From Dehalococcoidia bacterium (lineage in GTDB: Bacteria > Chloroflexota > Dehalococcoidia > Lucifugimonadales > UBA3495): DNA of 64,000 nucleotides. The notes under the pieces are model-generated. The model was not told where the DNA came from. It saw nothing but the letters and a program-made list of their open reading frames with translations, and did not search any database. Below, one piece after another: positions 8,844 to 18,517 of the stretch (its first letter is position 1; each line of letters starts with the position of its first letter). Where the stretch lies: contig OZ247427.1 in NCBI GenBank assembly GCA_965232815.1, positions 2,201,602 through 2,265,601 of the forward strand, written 5' to 3'. Position numbers and translations under genes: made by a program.

Positions 8844-9683
8844 ATGACCGCCTCGCTGGACACCAAAGCGGCCGGCGCTCGGCGTTTTGAAGGCCAGGTC
8901 GCCGTCGTAACCGGCGGCGGTCAGGGTATCGGCGCGGCCACCGCACGCCGTCTCGCCCAGGAAGGCGCATCCATCGTTATCGGCGATATGGTGGAGGAAT
9001 CATCGGAGCGGGTGCGCGCCGCCATCCGCGAGTTCGGCGGTTCGTGCGAAATCTCCCTCGGGGATCTTTCGCGTTGGGAAAATGCCGAGGCATTGATGGC
9101 CGCAGCCCACGACGCCTATGGCAGGATCGACGTTCTCGCCAACATCGCCGGCGGCACCATTTGGTTCCAGTCGTTCCAGTACTACACGCCTGACCAGATC
9201 CAGGCGGAGATCGACCGCAGTTTCTGGACCGCGATGTGGTGCTGCCGCGCCGTTCTGCCCTACATGATCGACCAGGGTTCAGGCTCTATCGTCAACATCG
9301 CCACCCACGCGGTCACGGGGCGTTTCCGGGTGCCATACGCCGCCGCCAAGGCCGCGCAAATCGGCCTCACCACATCGTTGGCCCGGGAGGTAGCCCACCT
9401 TGGCATACGCGTCAACTGCGTCGCTCCCAGCGGGACAGCAGCGGACGACCGCATCACGCCGCGGGACCACGGCGTCGACGTTATCCCACCGGAACTGCCC
9501 GCCAGCGAACGGGCCGATCAGGAAGAATATCGCTCCGCCACGCGCAACTCGGAAATCCCCATGGGCCGCCGTGGCGAGGCCGACGAGCAGGCCTCGGCCA
9601 TCGCATTCCTGGCATCCCACGACGCCTCTTACGTCACCGGACAGGTGCTGGCGGCAGGCGGCGGCCAGCCGTACCCGTTCTAG
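8844..9683 (+). CDS. SDR family oxidoreductase
   Basis: VAVVTGGGQGIGAATA Rossmann motif, NIAGG, and catalytic Y-AAK (PYAAAKAA). Confidence 0.85.
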   Translation: MTASLDTKAAGARRFEGQVAVVTGGGQGIGAATARRLAQEGASIVIGDMVEESSERVRAAIREFGGSCEISLGDLSRWENAEALMAAAHDAYGRIDVLANIAGGTIWFQSFQYYTPDQIQAEIDRSFWTAMWCCRAVLPYMIDQGSGSIVNIATHAVTGRFRVPYAAAKAAQIGLTTSLAREVAHLGIRVNCVAPSGTAADDRITPRDHGVDVIPPELPASERADQEEYRSATRNSEIPMGRRGEADEQASAIAFLASHDASYVTGQVLAAGGGQPYPF

Positions 9684-9808
9684 CCGCGATCCACCTGGCG
9701 CTCCCCCGGTGCGGGAAGCGACTGCGCCGAGCACCGTGCGCTCCGTTTCCTTGACCATTCTGCTAATATGGCGGAAATCCACCATGTTTCGAAACGGGGG
9801 CAGCGATT

Positions 9809-11257
9809 ATGGGACTCAAACGCCTTCTGCTAAAACCGCTTTCCGGCTATCCCGGTGGCTACAAGAAAATGCGCCGGGGAACCCAGGGTTTCGACTCGAC
9901 ACCACCTTTCAAGGTCCCTGACAATCCCAGGGACCGGCGCAGCCGCATTCCTCCGACCGGTTTCAAAGAATATTGGTATCCGGCCCCGCCGGAGAAGGAC
10001 GTCAAGAAAGGCGAGCCCGCGATGTTGCGGATGCTGGGAAGCGACGTGGTCTTCTTCAAGGACAAGCAGGGTGAGGTTCAGGCCTTGCTGGACTGGTGCC
10101 CGCATCGTGCGGTTTATCTCTCCATGGGCCGCTGTTATTTCGAAGGGTTCCTGACCTGTCCGTACCACGGCGCCACCTTTGACGGTGATGGCAACTGTGT
10201 CGCATTCCTCACTGAGGGCCCCGACTCCAAGATGGTCGGTGCGCCCGGCATGAAGGCCAGGAAGTTTCCCACCGTGACGCTCAAGGGAATGGTTTTCGTC
10301 TGGATGGGCGAGGGTGAACCCGTGGAGCCGGAGGAAGACATTCCTCCCGAAATGTTCGAAGAGCACAATATCTGTCGTCCGTCATTCGACATGTTCGACT
10401 GCAACTGGGTGCTCGTCCTTGAGAACACCATGGACGCCCACAATGCCTTTATGGTTCACCGGAATGCTCTGCGCATCCTGGGCAGTCGGGTTGGCGGGCG
10501 GCCCCGGACCCCTTTGGGATACCGGGTCAACCTCGTCAACAACAAGAACGTTCACTACCGGCCGGGGAGTGGGAAGTCCTCCGTGGAGAAGTATTATTAC
10601 GATGAGGACGGTAACATCCCCTACCAGATGTACTACCCCGGCGTGGATGGCGTCTGGCCCCTGCACCGTTGGCGTCTCCTCTGGACGTGGTACTTCGATT
10701 GGAAGGCCCGGCGCAAAGGGCAGGACCCCAACTACCGTCGAGCCACGGGCGCCAACACACCCGACCTGAATGAATGGAACGGCACCCGCCTGCCCGGGAT
10801 GTCGCGCACCGGCGGCAACAACCGGTACTTCCGCAGCACACGCTGGCCCGTGCCCGTTGAGGACAATCTCACCCGCATGGTGTACCTCAACGTGGAACGC
10901 TACGAAACACGCCCCGGATTCTTCCGCCGTTTGGTCCGCGGAGCCACTTGGCCCTACCGCAACTGGGAGCTCAATTTCAACTTCCGGAACCAGGACTACG
11001 ACGCCGAGAAATACACCCAGTACGACATGCCCGAGTACCTGTCATCCACCGATTCGGTTGTCGTGGGCATGCGCCGGCTCTTCGCAGACCACAACCGCGA
11101 TGTGATCCGCCAGCGCGAGCGCGAGGAGGTCCTCCCCGAGGTCATCGAAGAGAGCGAAGCCGAACGCATGGTGCGGGAAGGTGACCTCAAGGTAGCATCG
11201 ACGACCGAGGCATTCGATGCTGACCGACTGGAGCAGGAGCTGATGCGCCGCGTCTAA
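9809..11257 (+). CDS. Rieske [2Fe-2S] non-heme iron oxygenase (PAO/Tic55-like alpha subunit)
   Basis: Rieske motif CPHRAVYLSMGRCYFEGFLTCPYHG (CxH-x17-CxxH) and iron-site-like ENTMDAHNAFMVH. The start could be the internal Met at 9869. Confidence 0.85.
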   Translation: MGLKRLLLKPLSGYPGGYKKMRRGTQGFDSTPPFKVPDNPRDRRSRIPPTGFKEYWYPAPPEKDVKKGEPAMLRMLGSDVVFFKDKQGEVQALLDWCPHRAVYLSMGRCYFEGFLTCPYHGATFDGDGNCVAFLTEGPDSKMVGAPGMKARKFPTVTLKGMVFVWMGEGEPVEPEEDIPPEMFEEHNICRPSFDMFDCNWVLVLENTMDAHNAFMVHRNALRILGSRVGGRPRTPLGYRVNLVNNKNVHYRPGSGKSSVEKYYYDEDGNIPYQMYYPGVDGVWPLHRWRLLWTWYFDWKARRKGQDPNYRRATGANTPDLNEWNGTRLPGMSRTGGNNRYFRSTRWPVPVEDNLTRMVYLNVERYETRPGFFRRLVRGATWPYRNWELNFNFRNQDYDAEKYTQYDMPEYLSSTDSVVVGMRRLFADHNRDVIRQREREEVLPEVIEESEAERMVREGDLKVASTTEAFDADRLEQELMRRV

Positions 11258-11931
11258 CCGTCCTCGCCGTCAGGTAATTCGGGGCAGCGTTACCGCGTTG
11301 ATGCGCGGTCGTTGCCCCGATTCATTTGTGAGAACGCGAAAAACTTCGGCGTGGGTGTGACATTCCCTCGTTGCCGCGTGTTGCCATCGATCCCTATACT
11401 GGATTCATCAGGCGAACAATTGTTTATCACCACGACAAAATCCATGCCAGGGTTTCGGGCCTAGCGGCCACCCAGTCAGCAAAAATCGCATAAAAGGGTT
11501 CCTGTCTGCTAACGTCTGCTTAGCGCATCAGCAGCGTGGCCGTCAGTACCCCAGCGTCAGCCACAGCGTTCCGTGCTGTGTGGCGGGCCGTCTGTAGAGG
11601 CGAGCCAGCCATGTGGGCCACGGTAAATACCGAGCAAAACTACCATGCGTACCAAAACGGCCGCGTGCTGACAACGGCCCGCTCGCAAGAGTCCGCCACC
11701 GGCGGGAAACCCTGGCAAAAGCAAATCAAACCGTTCGCCACTCCATCGCCTGATTCGCCACTCCATTCGCCTGAAAGGAGCCAGACCGGAAACATCACAG
11801 ATCAGAGAGATAAGGGCGGCATTCCTGCCTGATATGCCGCCGTTCCTAAACCGCGCACGTGATTACCTGGAGGTGTCGCCAAAGCTTGTCGTGCTTGTCG
11901 TTGCACTGGAGATTCGGAACCCGGGTCTCCT

Positions 11932-11940
11932 TGCTATACT
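11932..11940 (+). promoter_or_regulatory. extended -10 promoter candidate (TGcTATACT) for tRNA-Ser
   Basis: TGCTATACT ends 26 nt upstream of the tRNA 5' end. No good -35 element. Confidence 0.35.
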
Positions 11941-11966
11941 GTATGCGGCCGTCGATCGGCCGACGC

Positions 11967-12054
11967 GGAGGGATGGCAGAGTGGACGAATGCACCGGTCT
12001 TGAAAACCGGCAGGGTTAATACCCTCGTGGGTTCGAATCCCACTCCCTCCGCCA
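11967..12054 (+). tRNA. tRNA-Ser (anticodon UGA), CCA encoded
   Basis: Acceptor stem GGAGGGA/TCCCTCC, anticodon stem CCGGT/ACCGG with loop CTTGAAA, a long variable arm (GGGTTAATACCC), T-arm GTGGGTTCGAATCCCAC, discriminator G and CCA. Confidence 0.95.
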
Positions 12055-12063
12055 CAGCGCTCC

Positions 12064-13503
12064 CTACACCCGATTGCCCCAATCAATGTATTGCGCCGCG
12101 CCGACGTGGCTGATTTGAACGCGTTGGCGGTAGTTGCCCGACTGTGCTTCGTGCGTCGTAACCCATGCCTGTGCTGAGGACTTCGGGTTGTCCGCCAATG
12201 CTTCGTCAAGCACCCTCCCGTCCATCGCTGGTACAACGTCGTCAACTCCCAGCAGTTTCAGGATGGTGGGCGCAAAATCGATATTGCCGGATGGGGTTTC
12301 CACCACGGTGCCGGCGCGGAGGGATGGCCCTTTGGCCAGTCCAACGTTTTGCATTTCGTGCCGGCTCATGCTCCCGTGTTGTCCCTGGCCCGCCCTTCCA
12401 CCTGTTGAGTAAGCGTGCCCTTCGTATCCAACCCCGTTGGGTACGCTGGTCCAAAGGAATGACATGGTCAAATCAGGAGACCTCGGGCCGTCGCATCCGA
12501 TCAGCGATGCCGGCAGGGTGCCACTGGGTTGGCCGACCCTCTCCGATGCGAACAGAGATCCGCACCATTCGTGATTGGTGAGCCATTGAGCCACTGATTC
12601 CGCAGTGTCGTGATCGTTCTCGTGTACGTAAAACAGGGCCGATCCCCCGTTGCCGGCAACCGCCACGCCGCCGGGCTGGTCCACCGTTGGAAAACCTGAC
12701 TCCCGCATCATGCTCTCGATTGGAATGGCCTCGGTGATTGTCGAATACCCGTGGTCGGATGCGATAAGGATATCTGTGCATTCGGATCGCCCGTTGCGCA
12801 TGAGCCAACTGAGTATCTCGCCGAATTCCGCGTCGGCCTCCCGCAACGCCTGTGGCGCCCTGCCCGATCCCACGCCGTCCTCGTGCTGGGTCTTGTCCGG
12901 CTCGGACAACCACAGCAGCGCGACGGCAGGGTCGATCTTCGGCAGCACGTACTCGGTCAGGATCCGTCGGCCATGCGTCAACCGGGCTGTGTTGGGCAGG
13001 ACCTCAGCGGGCCACTCGCCGAAGCGCTCTGCCAGTTCCGCATACAACGGCCTGGGCAGCGTAAATTGCGGATGAATGGTGGCGCCGCCCGAAGTCGCTG
13101 CGTTCGGGTTGTGCACATATGCGTTCCCGCTGGTGCCGGTCCCAATCGCGACGTACTCCATGCCGTGAGCATGGAGCCGATCTGCCAAGGTTGGAGCTAA
13201 CAGTGCGCGGCCCGTGGCATCGACAACGGCCTGCAGGGTCGGTTCCATCGCCGGAATTACCTGGTGTGGATCGTAATCTCGGCACAGGTAAGTGTTTCCG
13301 GCCAGCCCGTGCTGACCGGGCCGGCAGCCTGTAACCAGACTCGATGCGTTGACCCTGGTTACGGTCGGGAATACCGGATGGTGATTGGCGAATGTCACAC
13401 CGGTCCGGGCAAATTCAGCCAGGTTGGGCATCAATTCTTCGGTAATTTGCGCCGGCTGCAGGCCGTCAAACACCACCACGAGAACGCTATTTTTTTCGGG
13501 CAT
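12064..13503 (-). CDS. alkaline-phosphatase superfamily protein (nucleotide pyrophosphatase/phosphodiesterase type)
   Basis: The N-terminus VLVVVFDGLQP and IASDHGYS are typical of type I phosphodiesterase/NPP enzymes. Confidence 0.8.
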   Translation of the reverse strand: MPEKNSVLVVVFDGLQPAQITEELMPNLAEFARTGVTFANHHPVFPTVTRVNASSLVTGCRPGQHGLAGNTYLCRDYDPHQVIPAMEPTLQAVVDATGRALLAPTLADRLHAHGMEYVAIGTGTSGNAYVHNPNAATSGGATIHPQFTLPRPLYAELAERFGEWPAEVLPNTARLTHGRRILTEYVLPKIDPAVALLWLSEPDKTQHEDGVGSGRAPQALREADAEFGEILSWLMRNGRSECTDILIASDHGYSTITEAIPIESMMRESGFPTVDQPGGVAVAGNGGSALFYVHENDHDTAESVAQWLTNHEWCGSLFASERVGQPSGTLPASLIGCDGPRSPDLTMSFLWTSVPNGVGYEGHAYSTGGRAGQGQHGSMSRHEMQNVGLAKGPSLRAGTVVETPSGNIDFAPTILKLLGVDDVVPAMDGRVLDEALADNPKSSAQAWVTTHEAQSGNYRQRVQISHVGAAQYIDWGNRV

Positions 13504-13517
13504 GCTGTATCCCTCGC

Positions 13518-14462
13518 CTACTCCCAGTCCAACAGTTCCTTGATCGCTGCCCAGGCGGCATCGCTGTCAACTCTGCCGGGGGCCGCCACCTGGATCGGCC
13601 CCTGATTGGCATCAACCACCTCGCACTTTCCCCACATCGCAGAGTCATCAGTGTCGTCCGAGTCAACCGCCCTCACGGTTATGCCGTTTAACCCAACCAC
13701 CTGGGGGTGTGTCACCGCAAGCACGGCCAACGGGTCATATAGATAAAACTGCTGGCGGGACGAATCCCTCGCAAACCAGCCCTCCAGCAGTTCAGCCGCC
13801 AGCGTCCCCATTTTGCTGCCGCTGCACACCGTCTCCGCTTGAGCCCGTGAGATCGCTACCCGCTGGCAGGCTGCCAGATCTATCAACGTTATCGGGAGCC
13901 CGGAATCGAAAATTATCTTGGCCGCAGTGGGGTCGCTGTAGAAATTGAACTCCGCGTGGGGACTCGCATTGCCGCGAGCGTTCACTGCGCCGCCCATGAC
14001 CACGATCCTGCCCGCCGCCCGCAGGGCGTCCGGGTTGCTCCTCCACAGCCTCGCCAAGTTGGTCAGGGGTCCCAACGCAATCAGCGTCACCTCGCCCGGG
14101 TGCGCGCTCAGTGTTGCCGTCAGAAAGGGAATCGCTTTGGTGTTGGACGCGCCGATGTCGGGTTCTTTCATCCGCCGCGTCAAACCGGATGCCGAATGAA
14201 CTTGTCGGGCGTAGGCATATCTCCCACGTATGGGCCGCGCGGCTCCACGGTACACCGGTATGTCCGAGCGTCCGATATGTTCCAGCAGCGCCAGCGAATT
14301 GCGGGTCGAGCGAGCCAGGGGGACATTGCCTGCCGTCGTCGTGAATCCCAGAACGTCAAAACTTGGGTCGGACAGGAGCATCAGGATGGCGACGGCGTCA
14401 TCAACCCCGGGATCGGTATCGACGACTACTGGGACCGGCTTATTGTTGTGCCGAGCGTTCAT
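13518..14462 (-). CDS. nucleoside hydrolase (IUNH family)
   Basis: VVVDTDPGVDDAVAILMLL (the DxDxxxDD signature). Confidence 0.85.
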   Translation of the reverse strand: MNARHNNKPVPVVVDTDPGVDDAVAILMLLSDPSFDVLGFTTTAGNVPLARSTRNSLALLEHIGRSDIPVYRGAARPIRGRYAYARQVHSASGLTRRMKEPDIGASNTKAIPFLTATLSAHPGEVTLIALGPLTNLARLWRSNPDALRAAGRIVVMGGAVNARGNASPHAEFNFYSDPTAAKIIFDSGLPITLIDLAACQRVAISRAQAETVCSGSKMGTLAAELLEGWFARDSSRQQFYLYDPLAVLAVTHPQVVGLNGITVRAVDSDDTDDSAMWGKCEVVDANQGPIQVAAPGRVDSDAAWAAIKELLDWE

Positions 14463-15483
14463 ACCGAGTGCTTGGCTCCAGCAGATACGAGTGGCAAAAC
14501 GCTCGAGCGGCCTGTTCCGAGGAGAATTTACTTTTGAAACCTGCCGCTTGCCGCAATTTGGTGTCCGACATTATCAGGGGGTGTTTGGCAAGGTTGAGTT
14601 TTTTGGACACCGCTCGGTTCTGGGGAATACGGGTCTTTTTCGTTCCTGTTTTGCACATGTCCCGGAAGCCTCGCGTGCCTATTACGCCGCTCCCTGCCAC
14701 GTTATAAATCCCGTCGAGTTGATGAGTGATGGCAAATACGACAGCGTTGATCAGGTCGTGTTGGTGGATCAGTTGTATTGGCACGTTTCCGTTTTTTCCC
14801 GATGCCAACGTATTCCACAAAAGTTCATCGGCAACCGGGCTGGACGCCGCGGGACCGACCGACATGGCTGACCGTAGAATCGCAATGTTCAATCCGCCCG
14901 GGCTCTCCGGTTCATGGAAACCCTCCCGCAGTTTGGACTCCGCCTCCAACAGGGCACGGTGTTCCGGTGCAGGCTCTGCCTCGAATCGTTCAGTGACGGG
15001 AACCGGGTTTTGTGATCCCGCGCCGTAAACGCGGATGTCGGAAATATAAACAAACTGCCGCACGCCTCCCAACCGGCACGCCTGTACCCAATGCAGAGAA
15101 TCCTCCAGAAATGCCCGGGAATTGGGGCGGTCATAATGACTGCCCACATGGATGACCGAGTCAACGGATTCCAGGTGAAAAACGTCCGGTGCGTCTGCAA
15201 TGGTCAACCGCCGGTTATCAAGGACCAGGTCCCAGGCTTTCATCTGCATGATCTCCGGGATGTCCTCGATGGTAAGTATCGCTCCCGTGCGGTTGGGTTC
15301 CATGCGGTATGCGGAGACTTGTCTGACTGGGCGGATTAACGGGTGATCATCTATCGCAACCAGTTGGCAGTTGGGCAACGTCGTTTCCAGTTGCGACAAC
15401 ATCAGGGCGCCAAGACTCGACGACGCGCCGACTACGGCAATCACCTTGGGAAACTCGGTCGCTGTTTGATTGGGCGTAGTCAT
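14440..15483 (-). CDS. NAD-dependent epimerase/dehydratase-like protein (atypical SDR)
   Basis: VIAVVGASSSLGALM Rossmann-like N-terminus and overall extended-SDR layout. It overlaps the next gene by 23 nt. Confidence 0.6.
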   Translation of the reverse strand: MTTPNQTATEFPKVIAVVGASSSLGALMLSQLETTLPNCQLVAIDDHPLIRPVRQVSAYRMEPNRTGAILTIEDIPEIMQMKAWDLVLDNRRLTIADAPDVFHLESVDSVIHVGSHYDRPNSRAFLEDSLHWVQACRLGGVRQFVYISDIRVYGAGSQNPVPVTERFEAEPAPEHRALLEAESKLREGFHEPESPGGLNIAILRSAMSVGPAASSPVADELLWNTLASGKNGNVPIQLIHQHDLINAVVFAITHQLDGIYNVAGSGVIGTRGFRDMCKTGTKKTRIPQNRAVSKKLNLAKHPLIMSDTKLRQAAGFKSKFSSEQAARAFCHSYLLEPSTRYERSAQQ

Positions 15484-15537
15484 GTGAGGATGTATGTGGC
15501 TGGCGGCCTACGGTGACTGTTGAACCAGTCGATCCGC

Positions 15538-16200
15538 CTAGTGGCTGGACCGGAACATTTCCAGCTCTGTGGCGATCGCGTCTTCGGGCAAGGTGGTTGC
15601 GGCACGCGGGCCGAAATTACGGGCGTGCACAAAAATTTGCGCCAATCTCTCGACCAGATCGGCCACTTCCAAAGCCTCCCAAATGTCAGGGCCCACGCTC
15701 ACGACCCCATGGTTTCTCAGCAGGGCGGCGTTGCGGTTGCCCAATGCCGCATAGGCCTCCTCGGCCAATTGCTGCGTGCCCGGGAATGCGTATTTGCTGA
15801 CTTTGACTGGACCGCCGATCGTGAGCAGCATCTCGTCGATCAGTGCGGGTATGTCGCGCCCTACTACCGATGCCACCGACGCGTATATCGAATGGGTGTG
15901 GACCACGGCTTGAACGTCGTCGCGATTGCGGTATATCTCCAGGTGGACACGCGTTTCTGACGACGGGGCCATCCCGCCCTCCTCGACGGGTCTACCCTCC
16001 AGGTCAACGACCACCAACTCTTCGGGTTCCAGTCGATAGTACGGATGATGCGTCGGGGTAACCAGCAACAACCCATCTGCGCCCGACCCGGAGAGCCTGA
16101 GGCTGGTATTCCCGGAATACGCTCCGACCAGCCCTCTGCGGTACATCTCCCGAGTTGCTTCGGTCAGTTGCGAGCGCTGTTCAGCCCATTGATCGGACAC
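15538..16200 (-). CDS. class II aldolase/adducin family protein
   Basis: GAYSGNTSLRL and VVHTHSIYASV motifs. The start is placed at GTG 16200 (GGAGA 6 nt upstream) rather than the ORF-track start at 16278. It overlaps the hpnE stop by 20 nt. Confidence 0.75.
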   Translation of the reverse strand: MSDQWAEQRSQLTEATREMYRRGLVGAYSGNTSLRLSGSGADGLLLVTPTHHPYYRLEPEELVVVDLEGRPVEEGGMAPSSETRVHLEIYRNRDDVQAVVHTHSIYASVASVVGRDIPALIDEMLLTIGGPVKVSKYAFPGTQQLAEEAYAALGNRNAALLRNHGVVSVGPDIWEALEVADLVERLAQIFVHARNFGPRAATTLPEDAIATELEMFRSSH

Positions 16201-17623
16201 TGTCACTCTCCGAGCGGACGCCGGTGGCGGCGGACGACATAACCGCGTTGGCAGCATTATAGCCGCTGATAAGTGCACCCTCCATAGTGGACGGCCAACC
16301 TGTGTCAGTCCATTCGCCCGCCAGGAACAGGTTGGGCGCCTCGGTGTGGGGACCGGGGCGGAATCTGTTGGCTCCGGGGGTGCATCTGAACGTCGCGTTG
16401 CGTTGTTTCACCACCACGGCATTGAGCAGCGTCGCATCGCGCGTTTTGGGAAAAGCGCGGGACATCTCGCTGGCTACGATGCTCGCCAAATCGGATCGCT
16501 CCATGTCGATGTAATCCCAGGCCGCGCTGATCGACACTGACAACGACTGGCTTCGCTCATCGCTTTCACCGCCGAAGATACGGGTCGAGTTAAAAACCCA
16601 TTGCAGTGGGTTGTCGAGGAAATAGCAGAAATCGTCTTCCATGACTGCTCGATCGTACCGGAGGTGGACATTGACGATGGGGGACGTTCGGAGGTTGGAC
16701 AGTTTGCCTTCGGTCAATGACTCGGCCAGTGTTCCTGACAAGACGTTAGGCAACGTCCAGAAGGGCACCGCACTTACGTATGCGTCTGCACGCATTACAG
16801 GGCCGTTGCCGATGGTAATGCTGTTCACGACACCTGCAGCGTCGACGTTCACGCAGCGGACTGGATTGCCGGCAATAATATCGACGCCCAGGCTTTCCAG
16901 GTGCCTCTGAGCCGGTTCAACAAGTGCATCCATCAATGGGGCAGCGGGATAGCCCACGTTTGCGGTGTTTTGACCGGCCAGCAACCCATCCTGCACGATC
17001 ATGAGGCCCATGGACGCGCTGACGTCCCTGATGTTGTCATTCAACGTGCCTTCGACCAGCACATTCCAGAGGTTTGAGATAACCCGTTCCGATTGGCCCC
17101 GAGTCCTCAGCCAATCATAGAAAGGCACATCCTCAAGACCAGGGTCGTTCCGTCGAGTCATCATGATCGACACCAGACAACGCGTCGCATTAATCTTGTC
17201 AAGCCAACTCAGGTGAGGGTAAGAAATGAATGATGGCAAAAGGTGGGCGGGAGCAGGGCCGCTGACACCATAGAGACGGCCCAACTGGTACGTACGGTCG
17301 TACACCGTCACGTTCAACCGCGGCTGCAGATGCCAAAGATGGCGAGCGCCTATCGTTTCCAGGAACGCAAGCAAGTTGGTACAGGCGCCGACAATTACGT
17401 GCTGCCCGTTGTCCAGTACTCGGCCGCTCTCGAGGTCCGTGAAGGAAAAGACCCGGCCGCCCAAAGTCGACCGGGCTTCCACCAGGGTTACGTGCCATCC
17501 GGATTCAGCGAGCCTGGCAGATGCCGCAATCCCTGCCAAGCCTCCACCAAATACCAACGCAGTACGACGTTCGGTCTCAGCAGAATTCGCAGCCGAGCGG
17601 CTTGGGGCGGTTACTTCAGCCAT
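16181..17623 (-). CDS. hpnE: hydroxysqualene dehydroxylase (FAD amine-oxidase family)
   Basis: ALVFGGGLAGIAASARLAESGWHVTLVEARSTLGGR dinucleotide-binding motif, positioned after two squalene/phytoene-synthase genes. Confidence 0.85.
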   Translation of the reverse strand: MAEVTAPSRSAANSAETERRTALVFGGGLAGIAASARLAESGWHVTLVEARSTLGGRVFSFTDLESGRVLDNGQHVIVGACTNLLAFLETIGARHLWHLQPRLNVTVYDRTYQLGRLYGVSGPAPAHLLPSFISYPHLSWLDKINATRCLVSIMMTRRNDPGLEDVPFYDWLRTRGQSERVISNLWNVLVEGTLNDNIRDVSASMGLMIVQDGLLAGQNTANVGYPAAPLMDALVEPAQRHLESLGVDIIAGNPVRCVNVDAAGVVNSITIGNGPVMRADAYVSAVPFWTLPNVLSGTLAESLTEGKLSNLRTSPIVNVHLRYDRAVMEDDFCYFLDNPLQWVFNSTRIFGGESDERSQSLSVSISAAWDYIDMERSDLASIVASEMSRAFPKTRDATLLNAVVVKQRNATFRCTPGANRFRPGPHTEAPNLFLAGEWTDTGWPSTMEGALISGYNAANAVMSSAATGVRSESDSVRSMG

Positions 17624-18507
17624 GGACCGATGAGCCAGGCCTTAGTCATTAACGCCAGTTTTGCACCTTTGCTGACCGTAATGCGGTCGTCAAACACGTT
17701 GTATCCGGCGCGCTCGATGCGGTCCAATACGCCACTGTAGATGAACCCCAATGCGGCCGGGCATGCGCGGGAACGTTTGGGGAGGTATGACAACAACCCC
17801 CGCCCACTGACGAAATATTCGCGAGCCCGGTCGATCTGGAACTGGATCAACTGAGCGAAAGAGTCGGTCACCGTGCTGGAGGCAAGGTCCTGTTCCGTCA
17901 CTCCAAAACGTAGCATCTCGTCCTGTGGCAGGTACACTCGGCCGAATTCCCAATCCTCGCGCACGTCTCGGCAGATGTTGGTCAACTGCATCGCCAAGCC
18001 CAGGTCAGTGGCGTGTTGTCGGGCCACTTCCTCTCCTCTGTAGCCGAAAATGTGAATGCAAATGAGACCCACCACTGAGGCGACCTGGTAGCAGTATTGG
18101 CGCAATTCCTCAAAATCTGCATAGCGTGTCTTCACAAGATCCGATTCGACGCCGTTCAACACCTCCTGAAAATATTGCTGAGGGATCCGGTACTTCGCGG
18201 CGACGTCAGCCAGTCCGACGAACAGGGGTTCAGCAGCGCGGCCATCGTAGGTCTCGCTCAGCATGTGGCGCAAACGCGATATGCGGGCCAGTTTCTCCTC
18301 CGGGGTTCCTTCCGCATCGACTGAGTCGTCGCAATAGCGACAGAACGTGTAAGCAACATAAATGGCCTGTCGTTGCTGGGCTGGCAGCGTCAGGAATGCG
18401 AAGTAAAAGTTCTTGGCTTCGCGCCGCGTGATGCGGCGACATTCCGCGTACGCCTCGGCCAAAGCGGCGGGCGAAGCAGGCGGAGTGGCAGACCCGTGCG
18501 TAGCCAT
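17611..18507 (-). CDS. hpnD: presqualene diphosphate synthase (squalene/phytoene synthase family)
   Basis: YCDDSVD and ICRDVREDWEFGRVYLPQDE Asp-rich motifs. It is the second of two tandem paralogues. Confidence 0.85.
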   Translation of the reverse strand: MATHGSATPPASPAALAEAYAECRRITRREAKNFYFAFLTLPAQQRQAIYVAYTFCRYCDDSVDAEGTPEEKLARISRLRHMLSETYDGRAAEPLFVGLADVAAKYRIPQQYFQEVLNGVESDLVKTRYADFEELRQYCYQVASVVGLICIHIFGYRGEEVARQHATDLGLAMQLTNICRDVREDWEFGRVYLPQDEMLRFGVTEQDLASSTVTDSFAQLIQFQIDRAREYFVSGRGLLSYLPKRSRACPAALGFIYSGVLDRIERAGYNVFDDRITVSKGAKLALMTKAWLIGPWLK

Positions 18508-18517
18508 AGGGTCTCCG

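Noticed and set aside
11536-11832. 98-aa ORF in the long intergenic region
   Set aside because: It has no RBS and no motif, and it overlaps an equally unconvincing antisense ORF. It is kept only as part of the unexplained-region finding.
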